This document shows, piece by piece, positions 11,705 to 23,813 of a DNA stretch of 64,000 nucleotides. Source of the DNA: Monocercomonoides exilis PA203 (lineage: Eukaryota > Protista > Preaxostyla). Both the position numbers and the translations under genes were made by a program. The notes below the pieces were generated by a model. That model was not told the DNA's origin and did no database searches. It worked only from the letters and a program-made list of their open reading frames with translations. The stretch lies in contig LSRY02000031.1 in the NCBI GenBank assembly GCA_001643675.2, positions 620,001-684,000 of the forward strand. Reading direction: 5' to 3'. The first letter of the stretch is position 1. Each line of letters opens with the position of its first letter.

Positions 11705-12202
11705 TCAAGTCTAAATGCAAAAATAAACAATTTTTTCTTTCAAAAAACAAAAACGTGAAGAAAAAATGAATAACGATTTTAATATATGGCCATTGTACCT
11801 ATTCAATATCTATTTCCGTGTATTTTTTTTCAAATTTTAAGTTGTTTCCTCGTTAAATAATGATCCTTCAAGCAAATTAAATATTTACTAATAATGGTTA
11901 TTCACTATATTTTTTAAAAGATTTTTTTTTCTTTTTGATTTTTATTTCACTCAATTATTTCTTTTGAGTTGCTTCATTATTTAATTTTGCTGTATTTTTT
12001 TCTTTTTTTTTCTTTTTTTTTTTAGTGACGGACGAGTCAAAAAATGATTTGTCAGGTCAGACAGGCTTACAAAATTCCCGATTTTATTTAAACGGGAACT
12101 GAAAAATTGCTTCATATAAGTTAGTCCAATTGATCGGTAAGTTATATGTTTTATTCAACAAAAAGTGATATTGGGCAATTTAACGAATTGTTATTATAGT
12201 TA

Positions 12203-12595
12203 GTGTTTATAATAGTGGACACTTTCAATAACTGTGGACAGTCGCATTATCTCAACAACCGTTGATAGTTGCTTTTTGACAATAAACCCAATTATTCCCT
12301 CGATGAATATGAACTTATAAGACATACAAAAATGAAACAACTTGTTCTGCACAATTAAGAAAAAAACATTTTATCTTTTCGGAGAAATTCGGAGAAATAA
12401 GATTTTTCAAGTTTCTCCGAAATTTAAAATGTTTTTTTCTTAATTCTGCAGAACAAGTTGTTTCATTTTTGTATGTCTTATAAGTTCATATTCATCGAGG
12501 GAATAATTGGGTTTATTGTCAAAAAGCAACTTTCAATAGTTGTTGAGATAATGCGACTGTCCACCATTATTGAAAGTGTCCACCATTATTAACAC
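12203..12595. mobile_element. Foldback/MITE-like element: ~190 bp near-perfect inverted arms with a ~20 bp spacer
   Basis: 12203-~12389 is the reverse complement of ~12412-12595 (e.g. GACAGTCGCATTATCTCAACAAC / GTTGTTGAGATAATGCGACTGTC); duplicated GTGGACA subterminal motif in each arm. Confidence 0.8.
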
Positions 12596-12893
12596 AAATT
12601 GTGTTCTTTTTTAAACAATTGTTGTTGTTTGATGGTCAGGGTTATCACAAAAATCTTCTTTTAAAAGTTGTTGAATGTTAAAAGGTTGCATCTCGAATAT
12701 TATTTAAAGGGTGTTGATATGATGAAGGAGTTTTTCATCAATCCTCCTTTTTTATGATGGGAATTCGAAAAAAGAAAACGTGAAAGCTGAACCATTTGAT
12801 GTGTAGAAATAGCACAACTGGGTTAAAGCGTTGGATAAGGGTGAGAATACAAGTTTGATTGCTCCTGCATTTTTCTTCTATTTCTCCTTCTAT

Positions 12894-13023
12894 TTCTTCT
12901 TCTTCTTCTTCTTCTTCTTCTTCTTCTTCTTCTTCTTCTTCTTCTTCTTCTTCTTCTTCTTCTTCTTCTTCTTCTTCTTCTTCTTCTTCTTCTTCTTCTT
13001 CTTCTTCTTCTTCTTCTTCTTCT
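12894..13023. repeat. (TCT)n trinucleotide microsatellite, about 43 units
   Basis: Directly visible pure run. Confidence 0.95.
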
Positions 13024-13639
13024 GTTCAATCAGCACATCACAGAATAATCTCTTCTTCTTCTTTCTCCAAATTGTTTTCTTTCCCATCTTTGCCATCTTT
13101 CACTTCTTCCTCCTCTTCCTCTTCTCCTTCTCCGTCTTTTTCAATTCCTTTTTCATCATCTTCTTCTTCTTCCTCTTCTTCCTCTTTTTCTCCTTTTCTT
13201 CCTCCTCCTCTTCATCATCATCTTCTTCTTCATTCAATAATTCATCTTCTTCATAATCAATTTCTTTTTCTGTTTTTGATGAATTTTCTTCTTCTAATTT
13301 CATTTCAATTGCTTCTTCTTCTTCGATAAGAAACAAAAAATGTTTTTGCATTCGTTTCATTCAACTTTAGTCAAATTCAGGGCTAAGCCTCATCTTTCAC
13401 TTTCTTTTCGGAAGCACAAAACGTATATTCATTCTATTACAAAATGCAGCCAAAATTAAAAAACAATAGAGATGATTTCGAGTCAAAAAAAAAGCTGATC
13501 AGTCGGAGCGAAATCAAAAAAGGAGGATGATTTTGCCTTTTTTGTTTGAAAACTGACAGAAACACAGATAAAAAAGAAAGAACGTCGAAGCAATCCTTTG
13601 ATGAAATTGATGAATTCTAAAGCAACCTCTGATAAATCT

Positions 13640-14640
13640 CACAGCTCGAAAACAATAGCGAATTGAGAAAATAAAATGAGAAAGGAAAGCAATTAAGAGT
13701 GAAGTGCTTGTTTGAAGGAAAATTCTGTGAAACAAGAGAATTTATGCCCGACAAGCATTGTTGATTTCATCAAATGCACATGTGAGATGTTTTCTTCTAT
13801 TTTGTGTTTCATCTCCGCCACTTTCTTCGACTTTTCCTTCATTTGCACATATATTCACTATTTATCTGCTCATTCAATAATATTTTCCAACGTTCTTCAC
13901 CTTCGTCAGAAGACCCATCGCATTGTGTGTGTACTTGCAGGACTTCTTTTATTGCCAGCAATTCATTGCTTTGATACCAGGATGATCATTCACATATTCA
14001 TTGTCAGCTGTGTGCCCGTTGAGAAATATAAACAAATCGACATCCCAGTCTTTGAATTCCTCTGTTCTATCATGTCCAAAAATCGAGTTGTCTTTCCGAG
14101 TGATGCTTGCCATGAAGGTGAAGGAAGACTCGTTCGCAGATGCGAAAAAGAATTCACGAGCAAAATGCACATCTCTTCAAACACTGGCCTTGTTGGCTGA
14201 AAACACGAAATTGGTGATGGAAAAGGAGGTTTCTGACACTTCTGAATCATCCTTGGACTCGCTCATGAGTGCCCCGCCTCTTCCTCCAGAACTTGTATCC
14301 TGGCTCACATAGCAGATGGAGAAATTTGTGTTGCTCATTGAAAATGTATTGTCAGGGGCAGATGATGCAAATAAGATGCGCTCGACATTGGTTGTAGTTT
14401 GTTGGCTCAGCTGTGATGAGTTGATGTTTGCCATGGAGCAGTTGAAGTTGTTGAGGGAGAGAAAGAGAGCAGACAGAGAAGAAGAAGAAGAAAGTTGAAG
14501 TACTTTTGAAGAATGACAGAAAATTCATTTGGTGAAGAAAAAGTGATTGATGATGGATTTTCAAAGGAAATGGAGTTGAAATAACAATGGAGGATTTTGG
14601 ATGAGGGAAAAGAAAGGGAAAAGAGAAGGAGGATTTGTGT
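13640..14640 (+). pseudogene. Probable degraded coding fragment of unknown family
   Basis: Coding-like composition with reading frame broken by stops (…PPELVSWLT*QMEKFVLLIENVL…); no recognisable domain. Confidence 0.25.
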
Positions 14641-14958
14641 GGAGAATGGAGAGAAGCAACGAGATTGAATCACCTATTGCAACAAAGATTTCAATGGTAA
14701 CTTCATTTCATGCTCTTTTTGAGAAAGGGTTGTTGGCGTGCATTGCTGGTTTGGGGATTTAAATGAGATGATGAAGCTGAATAAACAGAAGAGAACAAAC
14801 GGGATGATCTCTTTCAAATTTATGCTTTTTATTTATGAAAAATGGTTTTTTTTCATTTTTCGAAAAAGAGAAATGAGAAATATGTTTTGCATCAATCCTT
14901 TTCTCGTAATGATGAATTTGTCATTTGAACATGGGAATTTTTTTTTCATTTTTTTATT

Positions 14959-15040
14959 TTATATTTAAATTTAAATTTAAATTTATATTTATATTTATAT
15001 TTATATTTATATTTATATTTATATTTATATTTATATTTAT
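14959..15040. repeat. (TATATT)n/(TAAATT)n microsatellite
   Basis: Directly visible. Confidence 0.85.
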
Positions 15041-16040
15041 TTTTTTATTTTTTTTTTGAAAGGAAACATTCAATTGAAAAAGTATTTTTTTTAAAGAAAA
15101 AAATTCGAACTTATGAAATGGACGCTAACATATTAAATTTATTTTTGAAAATTGTTTTTCATGAATAACACACAATTCTTTCAATGAAAATATAATCATC
15201 TCTTAATTAATTCTAATATCAAAGACATTGAAAAGAATGATTTGTAAAGAATTCTACCTTGGATTTAAATAGATGGAAACATAAAAAAACAGAAAAATAA
15301 ATGAAAACATTTCCAACAATTGAAATGGTAGTTGCTGATAGAAAAAAGAAAAGAAATACAAACAACTGAATAAAAATAATTCTGGTGAGGAACATGAATA
15401 TATACAAATAAGATGAACAAAATATAGACAAAAAGATTTTCTAATAAGAATAGAAAACCAAAGTTAAAACAAAGAGTGATGATAATAAAGATGAAGTCCA
15501 TTTCAACACAAAATTAAAACACTTTTTATATTAAACTGATTGTGAAAAATGATGAATATTTCAATATTTGTTACTGCACAAAGCAGTCGAAAACACAAAA
15601 GTCGGAGTTACAATAAAAGAAACATTATCACAGAAAACGAACTGACCCTGAGTGTGCATTTGCCCTTTGCTCAAACACTCGCTAAGTTAGCAAGTCGCTC
15701 CTCATGCAAATGCAAAGGGTCAGGCATTTTCCCTGAATCAATTAATCTTTTCCAAATTAATGAAAGTTCGTCTTTCTGGAAGTATTGTCTCTATTTGGCA
15801 GTTTGTTTTTTTGATTATTTTGTCCAATGCTGAACCTGCCTTTGTCTTTTCTGGCCGTTCATTTTTCATGTCCCATCCAATAATTCTCTTTGAAACACTT
15901 TCTTTTTGCAAACTCCTGCCTTTCAGCCAACTTCAATTTCAACTTCTGTTGTTTCAGCTTTCTATTTCACTTTCCTCATCTCCCAATTGTCGTTCAATTC
16001 ATTTGTCGTTCTCTTCCATTTCTTGTTTTTTCCGTTGTTT

Positions 16041-19000
16041 TTATTCAAATTTCATATTTTCAGGCTCGTCTTCAGTTCCAATTTCCTTGGATTCTCTTTC
16101 ATTGCCTTCGCTCTCTTGCATCAGCCCCAATGCATCTGTCACCGTGAGCATCGCTGCTCCTGGAGGAAAGTTCCCAATCAGATCTCTCTTCACATCTCCC
16201 AGTGATATGCGATCCACACTTTCTGTCCGAGTGCATGCAATGATCAATCCACCCAGATTGCTCCCTTCTGTTTTCAAAAAGTCTGGTTGCTCCCCATTCA
16301 CAATCTTCTGCCCTGCCACCACTCCCTCATACTCCCCAAACGGGATCTCCAGCGTCACACACTCCCACACCATCATCCCAATCGAGAACACAACCGACTC
16401 CTTCCTCGCCCCCATCTTCTTGTTCATCTGCAGCTCTGGCGCCTTCCACCTCAGGCACTCTTTTTTGAAGGCATCCTCATCCTCTTCAAATGCCGATGAG
16501 GGAAGGGAGTCATCATCATCATCATCACCATCATCGTCACTGGCAGATGTTACAACTGTTGATGATGAGATGGAGGATGAATCTGAATCATCATCTGACA
16601 ATAAGTCAGAGTGCATCACAATACAAATCACCATGTGTTCTGAGAACAACACAATGTGAGGACTCAGATTATTCAATGATTGAAGAGGGTTTTCCATTTC
16701 ATCAAAGGAGTGGAGTGCCCCATTCGCCACCCAGAACAGGATTTGAGCAGCTGTTTGTTCTCTTTCTTTCAACGAGCCAATCGCCATCTCCTTCTTCGCA
16801 TTCCTTCCATGAAGCAACATGAACAGCGAATCCCTCAAATCCACAATCAGCTTCTCATGAGGTGAGGAGCACGCCATGGCATCCACCAAGTTTGACATCG
16901 ATGAAGTGGTCGGGCACAGATCCTCACCACGAACAAATGTTGAATCTGAATCAGTTGAACATGTCGAAGATATTGATGGTGATGGTGATCTCTTTCGAAT
17001 CTCTTCTTCTTCAACCTTCTCAAGAGCCCAATCAGGAATCTTGTCTGAGTCTCTTCCCAGAATGTATTCAGTTGATCCACTCTCAGACAGAAGATGCTCT
17101 GATGACTCTGAGTGTCCCAATCTTTTCTCATACACTCTCTTCTTTATCCTCTCTTCATTCTTTTTCTCTGCCTCCCTTTCCGCTCTCCTCCACTGCTCCT
17201 CAGGTGACATCTCCATTGTCACCATCTCAAATGCCTTTGGATTCTTTTTCACTGTGTCATTCACAATCTCTTCCAATTCCTCTGTTCTTCTCTTTTGTTT
17301 CCTCCATCTAACAATGAATATCACTGTCACAATTAGAATAATCAATAATATCACAACAAGCACGATAACAATCAACAACAAATACGATTTCCTTTCTTTT
17401 CCTCCTTCAGCAAGCTTTCCTTCTCCATTTGCTTTTGATTCGCTTCTGTTTTTAACAATGAAAGAATCAGTTGATGATGGATTATTTCCATCCCCAAACT
17501 GAATGCACACACTCACTTCCACCCCTACTCCTGCATCCGTTATCGTCTCTTTTGGCAGTCTCCCTTCAACTTCTGTCTCTGACACACATCCACTTTCACC
17601 AAACTCATGCTGCTCAATCTGCTTTTCTTCTCCCATTTGCTTCACAACCATGAATGACAAGTCGCATGGAAGCAGCTCCTTCCCTTTGAACACAACCTCC
17701 ACTTCTTCTCCCACTTCCTTTGCTTCAACACTCTCCAACACTGGAATGAAGAATGGGGATGCTCTTTCAGATGCAATCCCTTCAAAATTGCATCCTTCAT
17801 TCAGAATCCAAAGTGATGTGTTTTTCTCTTGACCGTCTCCTCCTTTCAAACTGGAAATAGCCAATGAGGCAGAATCAGAACAAATAATGTTTCTTCTCAC
17901 TGATGGGTAATTCTCAATCGAAGGATTGTTGTTCTCAAACTCCCCTTTCACAATCGTCACAGATCCTCCACTCACACTCATCCCTCCCTTCGATGAGTTG
18001 CAAATCGTGGTGTCTCTCACAACTGCTTCACTCTTCGACAAGTCAACAACTGATCCATTCCATTTGCACACTTCATCAGAAATCTCATTCCTTTCTGTTC
18101 CTGAAGCAAGATTCCCCTCAAACATACACGATTCAATCAAAATCTTCTCTCCCAATGCTATCGCCACTTGGCTCCCCTTTGGTGACTCTGATGTGCACTC
18201 ATGAAAAGAGCAGTTGCACATCTCAAATCCACTCATCGGATGACTTGTGCAAACAATGCAAGACCCATCACTCGATCGGCTGATGTTTGTGAATGATGAC
18301 AACATCAATGATAAAACGAGTGATGAATGGCTGTTTTCAAGTGAGATCAGGCTTCTCTCTCCAAAATCAATGTTTGTGGCTTCCAACTTCGAAACACTCA
18401 CTTCCTCACTTTTCCCACATTCAATCAATGAACTCTTGCATTCCACATCATCCACTCCCACATCCTCAAATGTTGCCTTTTCTGAGTGCAATATCTCGAA
18501 TACAGCCTTTGAGAATTTCAAGTGGCCAACAATGCACTTTTCTGCCTCAAATACCCCATCTTCAACAACAATCAGAGAAAAGTCAAAAATGGTCTGTGTA
18601 TTTTCCGTTGTTCTGCTCTCTGATAAGAATGAAACAGATTCCAGAATGAGAGATCCATTCAGCTGGCGTATCAAGCACGAGCAGACAATATTCTCCGTTC
18701 CACCAAAAACAAATGACACCTTCTCAAATCGAACAGATTCCGAGGTTCTCACAACTTCCTCATTCCCAAGCTCAATCTCTCTCACTTTTATCTCCCCATT
18801 CCTGCTCGCCTCCATCGACTTGATCGTCACTCTCTCAGCTGAACACAAACCAGTCAATTCTGTCTCATTCCAGATCAATAACTGTGAATAATCCGATGGG
18901 ACGATGTGGCTCACCCCAACATTCAGCGATGAGCATGCACCCTTCATCTCCCCACACTGCTTGCTGTCGCTGCTGTTCTCCACAATCGATGAAACAAATA

Positions 19001-22000
19001 TAAATTCGCTCCTGAACACAAACACTCTCCTCAGCAGATCCTCTTCATCCCCATAATTGTCTGCTGTGCACCCCCATATCGCCAGCTCCCTCACAAATGG
19101 CTCCCCAAAATTTATCAGGAACTGTGACTCACTTATCTGCGAGTCAATGTCTGTGCACTTCACAAACACATCTCTCCCCTTCGATGCAACATTCCTTCGG
19201 AATGTGATGTTCGACAGCACAAATGGCAATGCCTTCTGTGAGACACTCTGCGATTTCAAAAACAGTCCTCCGCCTCTCCCGATGTTCGAGCAGAAACACT
19301 CTGTCACATTCGTGTGATTCATCTCCAATCTCCCCCTCTCATTGAGAAGGAAAAATACGCCTCCTCCTTCATGAGAACTTGTCGATCCACACCCATCAAT
19401 TGTCGAGTTCCATATTTTCAATCTCACTTCATCTGGCACATCACAACAAAGCAATGAGGGATTGGTTGACACACTGTGCTTCACATTCACAAATGAACAT
19501 TGCTCAAATGGAATATTCCAAATTTCTCCTTCATTATCATTCCCCCTTCCAGAAATCACACTTTCACTCATCGCAATTGCACTTTTCCCGCTCAACGAAA
19601 TATCTTCAAATGTCACATTGTTCATGGCAATCACACAATCAGCTGATATGCTCATTATCTCATGCATCGTTGAGAATCCAGCTATTTCTGTCTTTTCAAT
19701 AGAAACAATTCCTTTCAATGCACTGATCAACACAAATAACACCTCACTTTCAGCATTGCCAATTGTGCGAATCGAACAGCTGACAACACTCGTTTTGATT
19801 GCTTCTGTTCCTGCTTGGATAAGGATGCTTTCTCCGTTGTTAAAGGAACTGGGAATCAGAATCCCCAATTCACTGAACTGAACAACCCCTTTGCATTCAA
19901 CAACAGCATCCCCATTCCCTTCAATCTCTTTCACAAAATGGATTTTGTCTGACTCCCCATTTGTTCCTTCCACCTTCATCCCATTCATCCCAATCACACT
20001 CCTCGCATCGCAAATCCCCTGAACTGCGATTGATTCAATCCCCAAGTTACTCCCTCGCTTCACTCCATAATCAACAGATCGGCATGGATACTCCAACAAC
20101 CCACACACAACAACATTGTTTCCCTCATCGGCAATATACACACTCGATCCCACAGATTTCCAGAAATAGATCAGCGGGATTGCACACTCTTTGTTTTCTC
20201 CATCATACCCCTTCATCGAATCTTCGGTCAATTCCTCCAGTCTGTCCTTCACAAATGGAAGTGTTTCGTTCTTGATGCTCTTGACAAGCGATGGAGATGA
20301 AATGAACAGATCCTTCCCATATTTCGCATTGTTTGGTTTATCAGATGAAAAAACTTGTGAGGATATCACAAACCCTGCCTCTTCCTCGTTTATTATCTTC
20401 AACATTATTCCTCCTCCATATCCAACACTTCCCTCTTCATATGGTGCTGTGCAACAATAAAACGAACACATATTAATCAACAGATTCGTTTTCGAAGATG
20501 CCTCACAAAAGAGTGCACCTCCTCCAATCTCATTTCCCTCTTCTTCTTCAACAGCACACCCTTCAAATGTGCAGTCATCTATTTTCACTTTGAAATCTCT
20601 TCCATCATCATTATCATCATCATTGTTCACAATGCTGATGCATCCTCCACTTCCCTTCGAACCAGTGATCGATGAAAATGTGCATCCCGACATCTCTTCA
20701 ACGATCCCCTTGTGGCACTCAACAACACACCCGTCTCCAAATGTGACCACTCCAAAATTGCTTTTCGTCATATTCATCGAAGGCACACTTTCAGCATTCC
20801 CTTCAACAACAAATATCGATGAATCTCCAATTTTCATATTCTTTGATCCAAACTCACTCACCTCCACAGCCCCTCCAACAGCCTTCACAAACACTGTCGA
20901 AACAGTCTCAGTGCCTCCTTCCATCCCACATCCATTCAGTGTGAGCTTCCCTGAATGACATTCAAACACACTTTCATGAAACATCAGCGATTTCTTCAAA
21001 GAAAAAACAATGCCAGTCACAGATACTGGCATCGAGTTTTCAATCAATCCACTTTGAGCTCCCTCTTTCTGATCACAAACATCACACTTCATCTCATCCT
21101 CTTTGGATGCGATGCTCCATTCATGTGAAGTCAACCCCAGTTCCTCCTCAAAGACAAATGGCTCAAGAAGAGCAACATCCTTTTTCTTCCCTTCAAAATG
21201 GAGCGACACTGCCTTCGAAATGGATGAACACGGAAACTCTTCAAATCCACACTTCGAGAAATCATGGCTCAATGATCCTCCTCCCACAAACGCTGGCGCA
21301 GAAAAGTTGTTCCACAAATAGACACACAGTGGAATTGGGAACGATTCATCCCCATTTTCATATCCTTGCATCTTGCTCTTTGTTTCCAACGAAGCTGTCA
21401 ATGAAGTGATCTTCCCACTTGTTGCTGTTGATTCCAGATCGATCGAGTCAACAAAAATGTCACTTCCCCATCTGGCTCTGTTTCCTTCAAATCCTGATGA
21501 GATCAGAAAGTCTGCATTTGTGTCTCTCACTTTCAACCCAATCCCTCCTCCTCTCCCTTGAGTGGCCGAGGCATAACAGTTCTTCACAATGCCTCCTTTC
21601 ACATTCAATGAACTCCCACTTCCCACTTCAACCATCATTCCCCCTCCAAACTCAGAGTCTTCGCTTCCACACCCATCAATTGTGCATCCATCAAGAGTTA
21701 TCGAATATGACCCTTCACTCACACTCATCAGTGATGATCCTGCTGTTGTTCTCACAATGTTGCAGAACACACAGTTATCCAGAGACAATGTCACAGAAGA
21801 TCCTTGAGAAAGTGATATCACACTTGTGGTGCTGAATGTTCTGCCCCATCTCACATCTTGCATCTTCAACTCTCCCCCTTCCACATTCACAAGTGAGTTC
21901 TGAATGCTCCTCTCTTCTGAATGAGCTGCATCCATCGAGATGTTCATTCGCTTCACATCCATCAACCCACTTCCCTCAACCTCAAACAGTCTGCTTCTTC

Positions 22001-23813
22001 GGTTATTTTCAAACGATGTATTGTGAACAACTGACAGATCACTCACAGCCAATTCCCCTGTTCCAACACAAAACAGATTCAATCCATTTCCCTCGAATTT
22101 TGTTTCAATGGCTGAGCCAGATGGCGAAACTCCATTCACAGTGATTGTTTTCTCCCCAACATCAATTCCTTTTTCTTCCACAACCGTTCCACTCAACACC
22201 TTTATTTCCTCCACAAACCCCACAATCATTTGGGATAGACAATGGCTAATGGTCAAACATGCACAGGATTCATCCAATCCGCAACTGAATGTGTCTTTGG
22301 CATTCTCTTGATTCTCCTTTGAAGCAACAAATCTGCTTCTTCCTCCTTCATTGGGAAGCCAATCGCTTTTATCCCCATCTGCATAATATCTTACCCCTTC
22401 TGTTCTTGTCGAATAACAGAAAGCAATTTGGGACTTTGTGCTATTGTCATAAATGCAAATATCGTTTCCAAGAGGAGCACTGTTATTGTGGAAAAAACAA
22501 AACCACAAAAGATTTCCACTGTGACCATTAGTCCTGAAACCTACAGCTCCGCCTCTCCATTCTGAATGGCATCCTTGAAAAAGGCAGTTATGTGAAACAA
22601 TTCTATCAGACATATACCAATTATCAAATCCCCCTCCATAAGAACTTGTTGAGTTATGACCACTGCAATTTTGGAAATAACAATTCAAAACACAATCTTT
22701 TGTATTGAAAGCCTTTGATTCCCAAATTCCAAGTCCTCCAGCATCATTTCCAGACCAACCATCCTTAAAAAGACAATTGTCAACAAATACTTGAATTGTT
22801 ATTCCACAAATTTCCGCTCCTGCTCCTCCAAAATCAATTGATGACACACAATAGCACTCAACAAATGTGGAATGTTTCACAGTGCATTCTGCAATTTTCA
22901 AAGCAAATATTCCCCCTCCTCTTGTGGATGTTGCATTGCATTTCACAAATGACGAATTCTCCACTGTCAGCGTTGCACTCGAATTATCATGCACATAAAG
23001 TGCTCCACCGCATGCAGCAGAGCATTCAATCCATTCAGCATTCTTGTATGTCTGTGTCACAGTGGCTTCAACCCTTTCTGTATTCCTCACTTTCCGATCC
23101 ATTCTTTCATTCTGAACAAATGTGCAATTGCAACACAAAAATGAACCAGATCCTTCTGTTCCACTCACAATCCCTCCTTCAAGCACATTCATTGATCGTT
23201 TAACATCACAATTCTCCATTGAACTCATCTTCATTATCCTCTCTTTTCCAGTTTGTATTTCCTCTGTCTCACAATATTTCTTTGTGATATTCGCAAATTT
23301 GCAGTTTTGAATACATTCAAAACTTCCTGAACCATCTCTCAGAAAACTTCCTCCACTCCCACAAAACTCAACATCCTCAAACTCACTGTTTCTCACAAAC
23401 AACGAAGACGAATCACCCCCTTCCATCTTCACCACACTCCCCATCATTCCACATTCATGACCATTCCCAATTCCCAAAGTCGCGTTTATCAGCCTGCATG
23501 TCCCTCCATTCCTCACATAATTTCCATTCCATTCATCGTTTCTCACAAACACACTCCCCTCAACCTGCAGCAATGATCCTGCTCTTATTTCAATCATCAC
23601 ACAATTATCTGGCTTTTCAAGCAATATTCCCTTCATTTCAACTGACGAGTTGTGCATTTCGCAAAACATCCGAACAACACTTCCTCTCTCCAAAATTCCA
23701 CTCTTCTCCATTCCACGAACATGGAAATCATCATATTCATTTCTCAATCTATCATTTCTGTCTTTGCTACAAATTACTGAGGACAAACACACAAGAAAAA
23801 CGAAGGAAATCAT
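16041..23813 (-). CDS. 2590 aa type-I membrane protein: signal peptide, beta-helix-like (Pmp/pectin-lyase-like) GG/FxxN repeats with CG-x4-PC modules, one TM helix, cytoplasmic kinase-like (probably pseudokinase) domain
   Basis: Intronless ORF; MISFVFLVCLSSVICS; GGALY, GGGIF, FHNNSA, FEGNRA..GSDIF, FRRNVA..GRDVF; TM YLLLIVIVLVVILLIILIVTVIFIV followed by RWRKQKRR; kinase C-lobe motifs RWKAPE, VFSIGMMVWECVTLEIPF. Confidence 0.85.
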   Translation of the reverse strand: MISFVFLVCLSSVICSKDRNDRLRNEYDDFHVRGMEKSGILERGSVVRMFCEMHNSSVEMKGILLEKPDNCVMIEIRAGSLLQVEGSVFVRNDEWNGNYVRNGGTCRLINATLGIGNGHECGMMGSVVKMEGGDSSSLFVRNSEFEDVEFCGSGGSFLRDGSGSFECIQNCKFANITKKYCETEEIQTGKERIMKMSSMENCDVKRSMNVLEGGIVSGTEGSGSFLCCNCTFVQNERMDRKVRNTERVEATVTQTYKNAEWIECSAACGGALYVHDNSSATLTVENSSFVKCNATSTRGGGIFALKIAECTVKHSTFVECYCVSSIDFGGAGAEICGITIQVFVDNCLFKDGWSGNDAGGLGIWESKAFNTKDCVLNCYFQNCSGHNSTSSYGGGFDNWYMSDRIVSHNCLFQGCHSEWRGGAVGFRTNGHSGNLLWFCFFHNNSAPLGNDICIYDNSTKSQIAFCYSTRTEGVRYYADGDKSDWLPNEGGRSRFVASKENQENAKDTFSCGLDESCACLTISHCLSQMIVGFVEEIKVLSGTVVEEKGIDVGEKTITVNGVSPSGSAIETKFEGNGLNLFCVGTGELAVSDLSVVHNTSFENNRRSRLFEVEGSGLMDVKRMNISMDAAHSEERSIQNSLVNVEGGELKMQDVRWGRTFSTTSVISLSQGSSVTLSLDNCVFCNIVRTTAGSSLMSVSEGSYSITLDGCTIDGCGSEDSEFGGGMMVEVGSGSSLNVKGGIVKNCYASATQGRGGGIGLKVRDTNADFLISSGFEGNRARWGSDIFVDSIDLESTATSGKITSLTASLETKSKMQGYENGDESFPIPLCVYLWNNFSAPAFVGGGSLSHDFSKCGFEEFPCSSISKAVSLHFEGKKKDVALLEPFVFEEELGLTSHEWSIASKEDEMKCDVCDQKEGAQSGLIENSMPVSVTGIVFSLKKSLMFHESVFECHSGKLTLNGCGMEGGTETVSTVFVKAVGGAVEVSEFGSKNMKIGDSSIFVVEGNAESVPSMNMTKSNFGVVTFGDGCVVECHKGIVEEMSGCTFSSITGSKGSGGCISIVNNDDDNDDGRDFKVKIDDCTFEGCAVEEEEGNEIGGGALFCEASSKTNLLINMCSFYCCTAPYEEGSVGYGGGIMLKIINEEEAGFVISSQVFSSDKPNNAKYGKDLFISSPSLVKSIKNETLPFVKDRLEELTEDSMKGYDGENKECAIPLIYFWKSVGSSVYIADEGNNVVVCGLLEYPCRSVDYGVKRGSNLGIESIAVQGICDARSVIGMNGMKVEGTNGESDKIHFVKEIEGNGDAVVECKGVVQFSELGILIPSSFNNGESILIQAGTEAIKTSVVSCSIRTIGNAESEVLFVLISALKGIVSIEKTEIAGFSTMHEIMSISADCVIAMNNVTFEDISLSGKSAIAMSESVISGRGNDNEGEIWNIPFEQCSFVNVKHSVSTNPSLLCCDVPDEVRLKIWNSTIDGCGSTSSHEGGGVFFLLNERGRLEMNHTNVTECFCSNIGRGGGLFLKSQSVSQKALPFVLSNITFRRNVASKGRDVFVKCTDIDSQISESQFLINFGEPFVRELAIWGCTADNYGDEEDLLRRVFVFRSEFIFVSSIVENSSDSKQCGEMKGACSSLNVGVSHIVPSDYSQLLIWNETELTGLCSAERVTIKSMEASRNGEIKVREIELGNEEVVRTSESVRFEKVSFVFGGTENIVCSCLIRQLNGSLILESVSFLSESRTTENTQTIFDFSLIVVEDGVFEAEKCIVGHLKFSKAVFEILHSEKATFEDVGVDDVECKSSLIECGKSEEVSVSKLEATNIDFGERSLISLENSHSSLVLSLMLSSFTNISRSSDGSCIVCTSHPMSGFEMCNCSFHECTSESPKGSQVAIALGEKILIESCMFEGNLASGTERNEISDEVCKWNGSVVDLSKSEAVVRDTTICNSSKGGMSVSGGSVTIVKGEFENNNPSIENYPSVRRNIICSDSASLAISSLKGGDGQEKNTSLWILNEGCNFEGIASERASPFFIPVLESVEAKEVGEEVEVVFKGKELLPCDLSFMVVKQMGEEKQIEQHEFGESGCVSETEVEGRLPKETITDAGVGVEVSVCIQFGDGNNPSSTDSFIVKNRSESKANGEGKLAEGGKERKSYLLLIVIVLVVILLIILIVTVIFIVRWRKQKRRTEELEEIVNDTVKKNPKAFEMVTMEMSPEEQWRRAEREAEKKNEERIKKRVYEKRLGHSESSEHLLSESGSTEYILGRDSDKIPDWALEKVEEEEIRKRSPSPSISSTCSTDSDSTFVRGEDLCPTTSSMSNLVDAMACSSPHEKLIVDLRDSLFMLLHGRNAKKEMAIGSLKEREQTAAQILFWVANGALHSFDEMENPLQSLNNLSPHIVLFSEHMVICIVMHSDLLSDDDSDSSSISSSTVVTSASDDDGDDDDDDSLPSSAFEEDEDAFKKECLRWKAPELQMNKKMGARKESVVFSIGMMVWECVTLEIPFGEYEGVVAGQKIVNGEQPDFLKTEGSNLGGLIIACTRTESVDRISLGDVKRDLIGNFPPGAAMLTVTDALGLMQESEGNERESKEIGTEDEPENMKFE

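Noticed and set aside
12823-13360. Poly-R, poly-F, poly-S and poly-K ORFs
   Set aside because: Translations of the (TCT)n microsatellite and adjacent low-complexity DNA; no gene model supportable.
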